Positions 47,604 to 57,761 of a DNA stretch of 64,000 nt are shown here, in pieces (position 1 is the first letter of the stretch; the number at the start of each line of letters is the position of its first letter). The DNA comes from Calditrichaceae bacterium (GTDB lineage Bacteria; Calditrichota; Calditrichia; Calditrichales; JBFXGD01). Both the position numbers and the translations under genes were made by a program. A model generated the notes under the pieces. That model saw nothing but the letters and a program-made list of their open reading frames with translations, did no database searches and was not told the DNA's origin. The DNA lies in contig JBFXLE010000002.1 in the NCBI GenBank assembly GCA_050173015.1, positions 192,001-256,000 on the forward strand, in the 5' to 3' direction.

Positions 47604-50075
47604 TTAGCCCGTTACAACAATATTGATAAGTTTTTTGGGCACAACGATCACTTTTTTGATTGTTTTTCCATCAATCCATTCAGGAATGCGGCCATGAGTC
47701 AGCGCCATTTTTTGCGCTTCATCTCTCGTAAGATCTGCGCTCGCCTGTAAACGTTCCCGAATTTTACCATTAACCTGAATCACCCAGGAAATTTCGTCAA
47801 CCTTTAGGAATTCATCTTCAAATTCAGGCCATTTCTGATCAAAAACCGAACTTTTCCCACCTGCTTGTTCCCATAGTTCTTCCGCGAGATGCGGGGTAAA
47901 GGGAGCCAGCAACAGTATAAGATTCGTCTTTGCTTCCTGCAACAATTCCCTGTTATAATTGCCCGAATCCCGGTCCTGAACATATTTATAAAGTTCGTTG
48001 GTTAATTCCATGATCCGGCTTACGGAAGTATTGAAATGGAATCGCTCTGTATCTTGTGTTACGCCCTTAATTGAGTTATGCATTACTCTGCGAAGACTTA
48101 TTTCTGGGGCGTCAAAAATAGTATCGTTTCCGGTTGCTTGAAAAAATGACTCCGCGGTTTCCATAAAACGCCACACGCGCTTGATGAATCGGTCAATCGC
48201 GGTAATTCCCGAATCATCCCAGGGGCCGCCGTCAGTATAGGCGAATCCGAACATAAGGTACATCCGGAATACATCGCCGCCGTACTTTTCAAGATAGATT
48301 TCCGGATTGACAACATTTCCCTTGGATTTTGACATCCGCATACCATCCGGACCTTTTATCACCCCCTGGTGTACAAGACTTAAAAATGGCTCGTCAAATG
48401 AAAGATACCCCATGTCTCGTAAAGCTTTTGTGATAAAACGGGAATACAGCAGATGCATGGTGGCATGTTCCGCGCCGCCGACATATTTATCAACAGGCAA
48501 TACCTTGTTGATGAGCTCCTTATTCCATGGCTCTTTGCTGTTTACCGGATCAGGATATCTTAAATAGTACCAGGATGAACATACAAATGTATCCATTGTG
48601 TCCACTTCCCTTTTTGCGGGTGCCCCGCATTTCGGGCAAGTCGTATTTACAAAAGATTCAGATGTGGAGAGCGGTGACTGTCCTTTTGGATTAAAATCGA
48701 CATCTTCAGGGAGTATAACCGGCAGGTCGCTTTCAGGAACGGGTACTTCTCCGCAGGCATCACAATGGATGATGGGTATTGGAGCCCCCCAATATCTCTG
48801 TCTGCTTACAAGCCAATCGCGCAGTTTATACTGTATAGTCCACTGAGCTTTTTTGTCAACGCTTAAATCATCACCAATCTTTTGAACACAATCGGCGGAT
48901 GAAAGATTATCATATTTCCCCGAATTAATCATTATTCCATTATCGACAAATGCTTCAATTAGTTCCTCGCGCGAATCTTTTCCTTCTTCGAGAATCACTT
49001 TTCTAATGGGTAAATCATATTTCTTCGCGAATTCAAAATCACGGGTATCATGTCCGGGAACGGCCATTACCGCGCCGGTTCCGTAAGTGGCAAGCACATA
49101 ATCAGCTACCCAGACAGGGACTTTTTCGCCATTTACCGGATTTACAGCATAACTGCCTGTAAAGACACCCGTTTTTTCACGCGTTGTTGCTACCCGATCG
49201 ATTTCAGTCGTTCTTGATGCCTCCAATTTGTACTCATCGACAGAATGGCGATACTCATTGATGGTTAGTTGATCGACAAGTTCATGCTCAGGGGCAAGTA
49301 CCACATAAGTAACACCGAACAACGTATCGGGCCTTGTGGTGAACACCTTAATCTGCTCACCGGAAGGTCCGTCAACACCGAAATTGATCTGTAACCCATA
49401 ACTCTTGCCAATCCAGTTGTTTTGCATTGCTTTGGTCTTCTCAGGCCAGTCAAGCTCATCCAGTTTCTCGAGTAATTCATCCGCATAATCGGTAATTTTG
49501 AAAAACCACTGGGTTAGATTCCGTTTTTCGACCAGCGTTCCACAGCGTTCGCATGAGCCGTCCACAACCTGTTCATTTGCCAAAACAGTCTGATCCTTAG
49601 GACACCAGTTAACGGGCGCTTTCGAGCGATAAGCCAGACCCTTTTCATATAGTTTCAGAAACAACCACTGAGTCCATTTATAATAATCCGGGTGGCTTGT
49701 GTTAATTTCATAGTCCCAGTCATACATGGCGCCAATGGCTTTTAACTGTTCGCGGATAAAAGACACATTCTCTTCGGTGGTAATTTGAGGATGAATACCG
49801 GTTTTTACGGCATAATTTTCAGCAGGCAGCCCAAAAGCGTCGAATCCCATCGGTTCAAAGACATTATAGCCCTGCATTCTTTTAAATCGAGCCCAGCTAT
49901 CAGTCGGCCCATAATTAAACCAGTGACCTAAATGCAGCTTGTCCGATGATGGATAACTGAACATAACCAATGAATAACATTTTTTGTCCGTTTTGGACAA
50001 ATCAACTTTATATGTATGGTTGTCCTGCCAATATTTTTTCCACTTTTTTTCTATATTCTTGTAAGGAATCCCCAT
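47604..50075 (-). CDS. leuS: leucine--tRNA ligase
   Basis: [38 protein letters not shown] motifs. Confidence 0.98.
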   Translation of the reverse strand: MGIPYKNIEKKWKKYWQDNHTYKVDLSKTDKKCYSLVMFSYPSSDKLHLGHWFNYGPTDSWARFKRMQGYNVFEPMGFDAFGLPAENYAVKTGIHPQITTEENVSFIREQLKAIGAMYDWDYEINTSHPDYYKWTQWLFLKLYEKGLAYRSKAPVNWCPKDQTVLANEQVVDGSCERCGTLVEKRNLTQWFFKITDYADELLEKLDELDWPEKTKAMQNNWIGKSYGLQINFGVDGPSGEQIKVFTTRPDTLFGVTYVVLAPEHELVDQLTINEYRHSVDEYKLEASRTTEIDRVATTREKTGVFTGSYAVNPVNGEKVPVWVADYVLATYGTGAVMAVPGHDTRDFEFAKKYDLPIRKVILEEGKDSREELIEAFVDNGIMINSGKYDNLSSADCVQKIGDDLSVDKKAQWTIQYKLRDWLVSRQRYWGAPIPIIHCDACGEVPVPESDLPVILPEDVDFNPKGQSPLSTSESFVNTTCPKCGAPAKREVDTMDTFVCSSWYYLRYPDPVNSKEPWNKELINKVLPVDKYVGGAEHATMHLLYSRFITKALRDMGYLSFDEPFLSLVHQGVIKGPDGMRMSKSKGNVVNPEIYLEKYGGDVFRMYLMFGFAYTDGGPWDDSGITAIDRFIKRVWRFMETAESFFQATGNDTIFDAPEISLRRVMHNSIKGVTQDTERFHFNTSVSRIMELTNELYKYVQDRDSGNYNRELLQEAKTNLILLLAPFTPHLAEELWEQAGGKSSVFDQKWPEFEDEFLKVDEISWVIQVNGKIRERLQASADLTRDEAQKMALTHGRIPEWIDGKTIKKVIVVPKKLINIVVTG

Positions 50076-50112
50076 TCCTCTATCTCCATGTTTTATTTTG
50101 AGCGGGAAAAAG

Positions 50113-50189
<77 letters not shown>

Positions 50190-50216
50190 AACGATTAGAA
50201 TTAAAATGAAGAAGCA

Positions 50217-50245
50217 AATTTAAGTGATATATATAATTAAGTCAA
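50217..50245 (-). promoter_or_regulatory. promoter of tRNA-Pro(CGG)/leuS (TTGACT-N17-TAAATT)
   Basis: The minus strand reads TTGACT TAATTATATATATCACT TAAATT. Confidence 0.6.
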
Positions 50246-50292
50246 GTAAAGCTATGGTTATCGACATAATTTCTTGCTATTTTTCTTACGGA

Positions 50293-51198
50293 TCATTCTT
50301 CTCCGAATTTAAGTGAGATGAGAATCCCGGCCGTGAAAGTAATAATCGCCCCAAAACCGTCCATATTTATTTTAAAGCCTGGATAAATTTGATACAGTGA
50401 ACCAATTATTAAACCTAAAATGGCATACATGGTCAATGCCGGTGCTTTTTTTAAAGCGATACTCATTAACTTAGAAAATCCAAAAATCCCTATTACGACC
50501 CCTGCTCCTAAAAATCCGAGTATACTCAATCTGACCGTCATCTCGGGTGTCAATCCGGATTCTACCAAAATGGTAGTTAAATCATTTAGAGAACTGAGTA
50601 CTACCCAATATGATCCCAGAAGTATTAAAATAAAAGAGCCGCTTATACCGGGGATGATCATCGCCGAGGCAGCCACAGCCCCCGAGAATAAATAATAAAT
50701 ATAGTCACTTAAACCATAGGCCGTATAGTCAAAAACAGCATTTTTAGCAACGGTTGGATCATTTTGCTGCAACGCCAGAATCACGACAAGGATTAACCCT
50801 GCCAAAAACACAATTATTCTGCTTAAATTTGGCTTCATATCGTGGTGGGATCTGATGACCACAGGAATGCTTCCAAGAATAAGTCCCATAAAAAAATAGA
50901 CCGTCATCATCTCATAGTTTTGATAAGCCCAGCTTAATAAGCGGGCAAACACGACAATGGCAATCCCCGACCCCAAAAAAAGTATCACCAGGAATTTTAT
51001 ATATCTCCAGCGTTTTTCCCTGTTGGTAAGAAAATTCCCCAGAGATTCCATCAGTTCTTCGTAGATTCCGAATACAACCGCGATTGTTCCTCCGCTCACA
51101 CCGGGTATAATGTTGGCAATTCCCATCGCCACGCCGACAAAAAACAGACGAACATTATGCGCCAGTGAACGGGATTTTTCTTCCCCGTAGAGATTCAT
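50293..51198 (-). CDS. DUF368 family membrane protein (putative undecaprenyl-phosphate translocase)
   Basis: MGIANIIPGVSGGTIA and AMIIPGISGSFILILLG repeated motifs. Confidence 0.9.
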   Translation of the reverse strand: MNLYGEEKSRSLAHNVRLFFVGVAMGIANIIPGVSGGTIAVVFGIYEELMESLGNFLTNREKRWRYIKFLVILFLGSGIAIVVFARLLSWAYQNYEMMTVYFFMGLILGSIPVVIRSHHDMKPNLSRIIVFLAGLILVVILALQQNDPTVAKNAVFDYTAYGLSDYIYYLFSGAVAASAMIIPGISGSFILILLGSYWVVLSSLNDLTTILVESGLTPEMTVRLSILGFLGAGVVIGIFGFSKLMSIALKKAPALTMYAILGLIIGSLYQIYPGFKINMDGFGAIITFTAGILISLKFGEE

Positions 51199-51201
51199 AT
51201 T

Positions 51202-51831
51202 CTACCACCCCTTCTTTCCGACAAGCGGGACAAATTTTAATTTTTCGAGTTCAATTTTTCGAAAATGATCGTTTTCTTTCAAATAGAGCGTTAATATCTG
51301 TTCTTTTTTATCCCCAACAGGGATAATTAGTCGTCCGTTTGGAGTCAGCTGCCCAAGAAGGTCATCCGGCAGAACCGGAGCCCCCGCGGTGATGATAACC
51401 GAGTTATAAGGCGCGTAGCTCTGCCAGCCAAGCGTCCCGTCCCCAACCCTCATTACATAGTGAAACCCAAATTGATGAAGGTTCTTTGACGCGAACTCGC
51501 CAAGCGCGGAAATCTTTTCGATGGTAAAGACCTGAGCGCCCAATTGGCACAATACGGCCGTCTGATATCCCGATCCGGTCCCTATTTCCAATATTTTATC
51601 CCCGTTTTTTACTTCGAGAGCCTGTGTCATAACAGCCACAGTATACGGATGAGAAATTGTCTGCCCAAAACCAATAGGCAGCGCTTTTTCATCATAGGCC
51701 TGATATTCAAGCCCTTGCGGGACAAAAGAATGTCTCGGAACCGCGCTCATCGCGGAAAGCACCTTCTCGTCCTTCACCCCCATCTCACGCAGTCGGGAGA
51801 TCATTTTGTCTGCTTTGTTCTTATAAATCAT
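51202..51831 (-). CDS. pcm: protein-L-isoaspartate O-methyltransferase
   Basis: VPRH.FVP, GQTISHP, LEIGTGSGYQ, GDGTLGW, FVPL motifs. Confidence 0.96.
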   Translation of the reverse strand: MIYKNKADKMISRLREMGVKDEKVLSAMSAVPRHSFVPQGLEYQAYDEKALPIGFGQTISHPYTVAVMTQALEVKNGDKILEIGTGSGYQTAVLCQLGAQVFTIEKISALGEFASKNLHQFGFHYVMRVGDGTLGWQSYAPYNSVIITAGAPVLPDDLLGQLTPNGRLIIPVGDKKEQILTLYLKENDHFRKIELEKLKFVPLVGKKGW

Positions 51832-52511
51832 AATTTTTTATAGATCTCTCTTAAAATCAGCCGGATAAACTTCACCGTATCCTTAAAATGATGGATATAG
51901 GAATTACCGCCGGCATAAATGGTGGGAATATTGACAAATTCGATCTTATAATTCAGTTGTGCCGCTTTTATGATAAATTCACTCTCCAGCTGAAAGCCTT
52001 CTTCCGTAAGTTCCAGTTTTTCTAAAACATTCTTATGGATCAATCTGTAACCGCATTGGCTGTCTTTAATGTTTTGGCCCGTGAGAAGAGATAGTATGGA
52101 CGAGGTTAAACGATTCGAAATTATACGCGCCGCGGGCATTTTTGATGGAATTTTTTCCCGGTTGCCGATGATAATTTTCGAATTTCGGTTATTCGCGTGA
52201 TCGAGAAAATCCGGTACCGAAATTACAGGATGTTGAAGATCCGCATCCAGGCAAATAAGCAGATCTGATTTCCCCTGTTCCTTAAAAGCCTTATATCCCG
52301 CTTTCAGCGCAAATCCTTTACCGTGATTTGCTTCCAGACTGATTAGTTTAGCCCCTGAACTTAAAGCGATTTGCTCTGTCAGGTCGGTTGAACCGTCATT
52401 GACCACAAAGATTGTATCGGGTTTTTCATCAAGCTGATTGATTTGCTCAAACAATATGGGGAGTGTACTTTGAGCATTATAGGCAGGGATGAGTATATCA
52501 TATTTATACAT
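51828..52511 (-). CDS. glycosyltransferase family 2 (DPM1-like)
   Basis: IPAYN, VNDGSTD, NHGKG.AL, DADLQH, DSQCGYR motifs. Confidence 0.9.
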   Translation of the reverse strand: MYKYDILIPAYNAQSTLPILFEQINQLDEKPDTIFVVNDGSTDLTEQIALSSGAKLISLEANHGKGFALKAGYKAFKEQGKSDLLICLDADLQHPVISVPDFLDHANNRNSKIIIGNREKIPSKMPAARIISNRLTSSILSLLTGQNIKDSQCGYRLIHKNVLEKLELTEEGFQLESEFIIKAAQLNYKIEFVNIPTIYAGGNSYIHHFKDTVKFIRLILREIYKKL

Positions 52512-52547
52512 AGACGTCTGGATTTGATTTAAATTCCGGAATTGAAT

Positions 52548-52582
52548 AAAAAAATGGGGATTGTGTTAGTCCAATCCCCGTT
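52548..52582 (-). terminator. terminator-like hairpin downstream of tRNA-Pro(GGG)
   Basis: GGGGATTG/CAATCCCC stem; the A run on the + strand is a U tail on the - strand. Confidence 0.7.
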
Positions 52583-52586
52583 ATAG

Positions 52587-52660
52587 TCGGAGCGACTGGA
52601 TTCGAACCAGCGACCCCTTGAACCCCATTCAAGTGCGCTACCAGACTGCGCTACGCTCCG
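52587..52660 (-). tRNA. tRNA-Pro(GGG)
   Basis: The minus strand reads CGGAGCGTAGCGCAG...CTTGA-AT-GGG-GT-TCAAG...GGTTCGAATCC...CGCTCCGA. Confidence 0.95.
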
Positions 52661-52669
52661 AACGGCATG

Positions 52670-52698
52670 AATTTAAATAAGAATAGATTCAAAAGCAA
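52670..52698 (-). promoter_or_regulatory. promoter of tRNA-Pro(GGG) (TTGCTT-N17-TAAATT)
   Basis: The minus strand reads TTGCTT TTGAATCTATTCTTATT TAAATT, 9 nt from the tRNA 5' end. Confidence 0.55.
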
Positions 52699-52714
52699 CC
52701 CGATAAGATCTTAA

Positions 52715-53122
52715 TCATTCTAATATTTTCAATATTTCTTTTAATTCACTTATTGTTTTTGCGATCAGCTTATTCTCTGCCTGCTGATCCGGTTTAACGT
52801 TTGATTTTGTTTTATTCTCTTTTAAATCAGTATCATCCATGCCCTTTTTTTGTACTTTTGTAGTATTTTTCACTTCAAAATCCGTTTTAGTCTGATTTAA
52901 CTGATGATTTGCGCCTTTTATTGTAAATGCCTTTTCATAAAGTAAATCTTTAATTTTAAAGATAATGTCAATATCATTTTTTAAATATTGCCGGCTTCCG
53001 CCGGGAGACTTTTTGGGATCAAGCACATCAAACACAGTCTCCCAATATCGTAAAGCCGATTGAGGGATTCCTGTCATTTCGGAAACCTGCCCTATCGAAT
53101 AATAAACATCCTCATATTGCAT
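52715..53122 (-). CDS. MerR family transcriptional regulator
   Basis: YSIGQVS...GIPQSALRYWE..F..L.P.K..GG.RQY and IKDLLY...FTIKGA patterns. Confidence 0.9.
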   Translation of the reverse strand: MQYEDVYYSIGQVSEMTGIPQSALRYWETVFDVLDPKKSPGGSRQYLKNDIDIIFKIKDLLYEKAFTIKGANHQLNQTKTDFEVKNTTKVQKKGMDDTDLKENKTKSNVKPDQQAENKLIAKTISELKEILKILE

Positions 53123-53335
53123 AGCTAAAACCCATAAACATAAATTTCTATGAATACTTTAAATATTTTAAATAATAACTTTAAATGCAAGAAAAACTTA
53201 AATTTTACCTGCTTTTTTTAAATATATATGACTTGATTTTTATCTTCAATTAAAGTAGTTTTATCTCTTTGTTTTACCGTAATTTAAAGACACAGTGCAT
53301 TATAAATAATACGTCTTATAATCTGGAGACTCAGT

Positions 53336-55309
53336 ATGGATAAAAAGGAATTTAAACCTTTTGTATCAGCAGAAATCGACATGAAAGAATTCTCATTTAA
53401 AGCTATTTTTCTCGGTGTGCTGATGGCGATAGTTTTGGGCGCCGCGAATGCTTATCTGGGAATGAAAGCAGGTTTAACGGTAGCCGCGACTTTTCCTGCC
53501 GCGGTTGTTGCCATGGCTGCTCTCCGTTCATTCGGAGGGACCATTCTGGAGGAAAATATCGCTCGAACAACTGCTTCCGTCGGTGAAGCTTTGGTCGCGG
53601 GCGCCATTTTTACGATTCCCGCTTTCGTAATAAGCGGAGTTTGGGACGAGCTTCATTATTGGGAAAGCACATTTATTATGTTGATCGGCGGTGTGCTGGG
53701 TGTCTTGTTCGTCATTCTGTTAAGACGAAGCATGGTTGAAGAAGCTGATCTCCCCTTTCCTGAGAGTGTGGCTGCTTCGGAAATTGTCAAAGCGGGTCAG
53801 GGGGGTCAAACGGGCGCGAGCTATGTTTTTATCAGCATGGGACTTGCCGCTCTTTGGGAATTGATCAAGAATTCAAACGGTATTCAGTTAGTCGCCGACT
53901 CTACAAGGGATTACTTTACCCTTGCCAAATCCAAAATCGTTATGTTAGGTACCGAATTTAACTATGGCGGCGGATTTTTACTTGAGACCCCCGCAGCTTC
54001 CCCGGCGTTAACAGGTGTCGGCTTCATCGTTGGTCTCAGGGTTTCAGCTGTATTGTTCTCAGGTGCGGTTATGGGTTGGCTTGTATTGGTGCCTCTTGGC
54101 ATCTTTCTCAATCCCGCTCTGGCAAATCTTGTATCCGATACGCATTCCTGGTTGGATGTCGCCGATGAAGTCTGGTTCCGCCAAATACGTCCTTTTGCCG
54201 TTGGAACCATGATTGTAGCTGCTTTTTATACACTTTATAATCTCAAAGATTCACTCATCAACGGAATATCAAAAGCGGTCCGTGATTTGAGAGCAAAACA
54301 GGATCATGAAACCGCGGTAAACCGACTTGAAATAGACATCGATTTTAAAAAAGTCATTTTAGCAATCGCCGCGCTCGCCATTCCCCTGTTCTTTCTATAT
54401 AACTATTTCGCCCAGTCTATCGGTGGGGCCATAATGTTGACTGTTGTCATGATTATTCTCGGCTTTCTGTTCGCGGCTGTCGCAGGCTACCTGGTGGGTC
54501 TGGTTGGAAGCTCCAATAATCCTATAAGCGGGCTGACTCTGAGTTCTTTGCTTATAGCAGCCATCCTGCTTGTCATTATAGGTGTAACGGGAGATCATGG
54601 TGTTATGGCCGTACTCGGTGTGGCCGGTGTTGTTTGTACATCCGCCGGAATTGCCGGTGATATGACACAGGATCTAAAAGTAGGACATATATTAGGCGGC
54701 ACCCCATGGAAAATGGAGGCCGGTGAAATTATCGGTGTCATTATCGCGGCTATAGTGCTTGTTTTTCCGATGATCGCGATGGATCAGGTATACCATATAG
54801 GAAGCGCGGAGTTACCCGCCCCACAAGCAGGTCTAATGGCTTTAATGGCCAAAGGCATCGTTGGCGGTGAAATGGCATGGCCGCTTGTCATTGCCGGTAT
54901 GTTGTTCGCCGTGGGGTTGATTATTATAAAATCGCCTTCACCGATGCTTATCGCGGTTGGCATGTACCTTCCTTTTAACTCCACATCGGCTATTTTTGTC
55001 GGTGGTATCATTCGCTGGATTCTTGATACCATACTAAAAAAACGCGATGCCACGCCTGAACAACGTACAAAAGCGGAAAATAACGGTGTTCTTCTCTCAT
55101 CTGGCCTGATCGCCGGCGAAGCTTTAATGGCGGTTATTCTTGCGTTTATCGTTCTTGGAGCTAATCTTGCGGAAAGCACATTCAGTTTAAAGAATTTTGC
55201 GGTCAACACTTTGGGCGTATCGTCACCCAGCGCGATCGGAGGACTCATTGTTTTTCTCGGACTTGGATACCTTCTGGTAAAGATTCCTCTTGATAAATCT
55301 AAAAAGTAG
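53336..55309 (+). CDS. OPT family oligopeptide transporter
   Basis: ANAYLGMKAGLTV, LENNI-like LEENIART, FPESVA, SNNPISG, QDLKVG, LPAPQA, SGLIAGE motifs. Confidence 0.93.
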   Translation: MDKKEFKPFVSAEIDMKEFSFKAIFLGVLMAIVLGAANAYLGMKAGLTVAATFPAAVVAMAALRSFGGTILEENIARTTASVGEALVAGAIFTIPAFVISGVWDELHYWESTFIMLIGGVLGVLFVILLRRSMVEEADLPFPESVAASEIVKAGQGGQTGASYVFISMGLAALWELIKNSNGIQLVADSTRDYFTLAKSKIVMLGTEFNYGGGFLLETPAASPALTGVGFIVGLRVSAVLFSGAVMGWLVLVPLGIFLNPALANLVSDTHSWLDVADEVWFRQIRPFAVGTMIVAAFYTLYNLKDSLINGISKAVRDLRAKQDHETAVNRLEIDIDFKKVILAIAALAIPLFFLYNYFAQSIGGAIMLTVVMIILGFLFAAVAGYLVGLVGSSNNPISGLTLSSLLIAAILLVIIGVTGDHGVMAVLGVAGVVCTSAGIAGDMTQDLKVGHILGGTPWKMEAGEIIGVIIAAIVLVFPMIAMDQVYHIGSAELPAPQAGLMALMAKGIVGGEMAWPLVIAGMLFAVGLIIIKSPSPMLIAVGMYLPFNSTSAIFVGGIIRWILDTILKKRDATPEQRTKAENNGVLLSSGLIAGEALMAVILAFIVLGANLAESTFSLKNFAVNTLGVSSPSAIGGLIVFLGLGYLLVKIPLDKSKK

Positions 55310-55334
55310 ATTTCTTAATCGGTAAATATTAACT

Positions 55335-55360
55335 ATGACAGGTCTGTAAGGGCCTGTCAT
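55335..55360 (+). terminator. stem-loop between OPT and PqqD genes (weak terminator or RNA stabiliser)
   Basis: ATGACAGGTCT-GTAA-GGGCCTGTCAT with a GNRA loop and an imperfect U tail. Confidence 0.5.
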
Positions 55361-55383
55361 TATATTTTTCAGGACTATATTGT

Positions 55384-55731
55384 ATGAAACCTCAAAATAT
55401 GAATGATTTACTCAGGTGCAGGCCGGTACCGCTTATGGAATGGTACACGGATGAAGATTCCGGCAAGGTCATCATCAAAAGACCAAGATTTATTTCTCCC
55501 GTCGCCAGAAAAATAATTGGCCCTTTTATGAAATCGCCACATTTTCTGGTAAAACTGGACGAGCTTGGTTCCGTTGTCTGGCAAAACTGTGACGGTAACA
55601 ACAGTGTACAAAATATTGGCGAGACATTATTAGATAAATTTGGAACCGATATGGATTCTGTCTGGGAGCGGGTATCAAAATTTATTCTTCAGCTTAACAG
55701 GGAAAAATTTATAGATCTAAATCTTGATTAA
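55384..55731 (+). CDS. PqqD family (RiPP recognition element-like) protein
   Basis: KLDELGSVVWQNCDGNNSVQNIGETL..KF......ERV..FI.QL...KFI winged-helix pattern. Confidence 0.8.
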   Translation: MKPQNMNDLLRCRPVPLMEWYTDEDSGKVIIKRPRFISPVARKIIGPFMKSPHFLVKLDELGSVVWQNCDGNNSVQNIGETLLDKFGTDMDSVWERVSKFILQLNREKFIDLNLD

Positions 55732-56792
55732 TCAGACGATTCATTTATAACTAAACATCGATCTTTCGTATCCTCCGGCACAAAACCAATTTCCCTGCCT
55801 TCATATCTGTATTTCCCGGAAAGTTCTTTTAGAAATGGCCGGACCTGATCTTTAGGCATTGCAATCAATAATCCACCGCTTGTTTGCGGATCAAACAGAA
55901 TATTATATCTGTCATCATCCGGTGTTCGCCCCGATCGAAAAAAATGTTGATTAAAACCACGATTTTTGTGAAACCCTCCCGGAAGGAACAAGGGGTTATA
56001 AATATAATCATCGATGTGGCTGAATTTAGGCAGTCTGTTAAGCATTATTTCCGCGCTGCAATCACTCCCCTTCATCATTTCAATTAAGTGGCCGGCCAGA
56101 CCGTATCCCGTGATATCCGTACAGGCATGCACATCGTAATTCCCGGAAGTCAGAATTTCCACAGGGATGCTATTGAGAGTAAGCATGCTCTCTATTATCT
56201 CATCAATATCTGATTTTTTTGCTTTGTCAGCCTTCAGTGCAGTGGAAATGCATCCGGTTCCCAAAGGCTTTGTCAAAACCAATCTGTCCCCCGGTTGAAG
56301 GGTGTTGTTACGCCATATTTTTTCAGGGTGAACGGTTCCGGTCACCGCAAGTCCGTATTTAAGTTCTTTATCCTTCACTGAATGCCCGCCCGCTATGACG
56401 CAACTTGCTTCCCGGGCCTTTTCCGCTCCTCCGATTAAGATTTCTCTTAAAATTTCCGGAGGTAATTCCCCTTCCGGAAATCCAATTATATTTAACGCGA
56501 GTATCGGTTTGCCGCCCATGGCATAAATATCACTCAGGGCGTTCGCCGCCGCGATTTGTCCGTAAAGAAACGGATCATCCACAATCGGCGTAAAAAAGTC
56601 GACTGTGTTAATGATAGCAAGATCATCATTTATCTTGTAAACACTTCCATCATCAGCCGAATTATTACCGACCAGTAAATCAGGATGATTGTATTGGGGT
56701 AATTCTGCAAGAATCCTGTCCAGAACCTCCGGATCAAGTTTGCTTGCTCAGCCGGCGCATGATACGAGTGAAGTCAGCTTAATCTTTTTCAT
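55728..56792 (-). CDS. selD: selenide, water dikinase (selenophosphate synthetase), selenocysteine-containing
   Basis: ATG at 56792 reads MKKIKLTSLVSCAG-(TGA 56748-56750)-ASKLDP..., continuing in frame into DD...TVDFFTPIVDDP, AANALSD.YAMGG, GGHS, TKPLG, TDITGYGL and DPQTSGGLL. Confidence 0.95.
56707..56747 (-). promoter_or_regulatory. bacterial SECIS element of selD
   Basis: Directly 3' of the UGA: GCAAG-CAAA-CUUG-A-UCCGGA-GGU-UCUGGA-CAGG-AUU-CUUGC, a nested stem with a G-leading apical loop ~20 nt from the UGA. Confidence 0.75.
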
Positions 56793-57691
56793 TATCTCAT
56801 TCTTTTTCTTTTGATTAAATATTCCGTCAGTGCCTTATTAAATGGAGTATTAGTGTTCAACAGCTGATAATCAATCCTGTTATTACTAAATTCCTGTCTG
56901 AAATAATCCAGATATTTGCTAAAATTTTCTTTGTAAGATTCCCTGATATACCAAGGCTGTGTTTTAATTCGCTCTCCGCTTTCCATATCCTCGAACAAAA
57001 CATCTCCGCTAAAGGAAAAACTCTGTTCCTGTTCATCAAGTATATGAAATACAAGCACTTCATGCTGATTATGTCGGAAATGCTTCAGGCCCTCCACAAT
57101 TTTAGCGGGATCATCGAGTAAATCTGAAATCAGAATGACCAAACCACGCCGGTTAAACCTCTCCGCAATTTGATGAAGCACGAAACCGATGTCCGTATCT
57201 TTCCCCGGGGCGGCTGATTCCATTGCTTTAAGCAGCGTGTTGAGATATGAAAAAACGGATCTTGGAGGCAGTAACTGGCGAATTTCTTCATCAAAAAGGA
57301 CGAGGCCTGTGGCGTCGCGCTGTTTCATCATCAGATAAGCAAGCGATGCGGACAGATACGTGGCATATGCCGATTTTTTTATACCCGCGCTTCCGTAATT
57401 CATTGAATTGGAAATATCTAAAACAATATAACACCGAAGATTGGTTTCTTCCTCGTATTGTTTAATATAAAACCGATCCGTTCGTCCGTAAACCTTCCAA
57501 TCTACAAATCGCAGACTGTCTCCGGACATGTAGGGTCTATGCTGTGAAAATTCGACACTAAATCCGTGAAACGGGCTTTTGTGTAATCCGGTGAGATACC
57601 CTTCAACGACGCGCCGGGCAACCAGTTCAAGATTGCTTAGGGCAGACAATACTTTAGGATCAAGAAATTTATTGAAAGAATTATCCTGCAT
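56792..57691 (-). CDS. DUF58 domain protein (vWA-like, MoxR-associated family)
   Basis: G.HKS...GFSVEF..HR.Y..GD.LR.VDWK..GRTD..YIKQYEEE pattern; LDISNSM MIDAS-like motif; ISDL. Confidence 0.92.
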   Translation of the reverse strand: MQDNSFNKFLDPKVLSALSNLELVARRVVEGYLTGLHKSPFHGFSVEFSQHRPYMSGDSLRFVDWKVYGRTDRFYIKQYEEETNLRCYIVLDISNSMNYGSAGIKKSAYATYLSASLAYLMMKQRDATGLVLFDEEIRQLLPPRSVFSYLNTLLKAMESAAPGKDTDIGFVLHQIAERFNRRGLVILISDLLDDPAKIVEGLKHFRHNQHEVLVFHILDEQEQSFSFSGDVLFEDMESGERIKTQPWYIRESYKENFSKYLDYFRQEFSNNRIDYQLLNTNTPFNKALTEYLIKRKRMR

Positions 57692-57761
57692 TTAATCCCG
57701 GTTGGTTTTTCTGATTAGTTTAAAGAAGTATGATATTATAATCAATAATATTCAGGTTTAA

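Noticed and set aside
48320-48345. LeuRS KMSKS motif reading RMSKS
   Set aside because: This is a conservative change at the variable first position. The catalytic second Lys is retained.
56748-56750. selD as a pseudogene with a premature stop
   Set aside because: The TGA is at the catalytic Cys/Sec position and is followed by a SECIS-like hairpin. The rest of the frame is intact.
51828-56792. Selenoneine- or selenosugar-type cluster (glycosyltransferase plus SelD), or a seleno-RiPP cluster (PqqD plus SelD)
   Set aside because: The GT2 is DPM1-like and separated from selD by a tRNA, merR and an opposite-strand unit. PqqD and selD are convergent rather than co-transcribed, and no SenA-like or radical SAM gene or precursor peptide is present.
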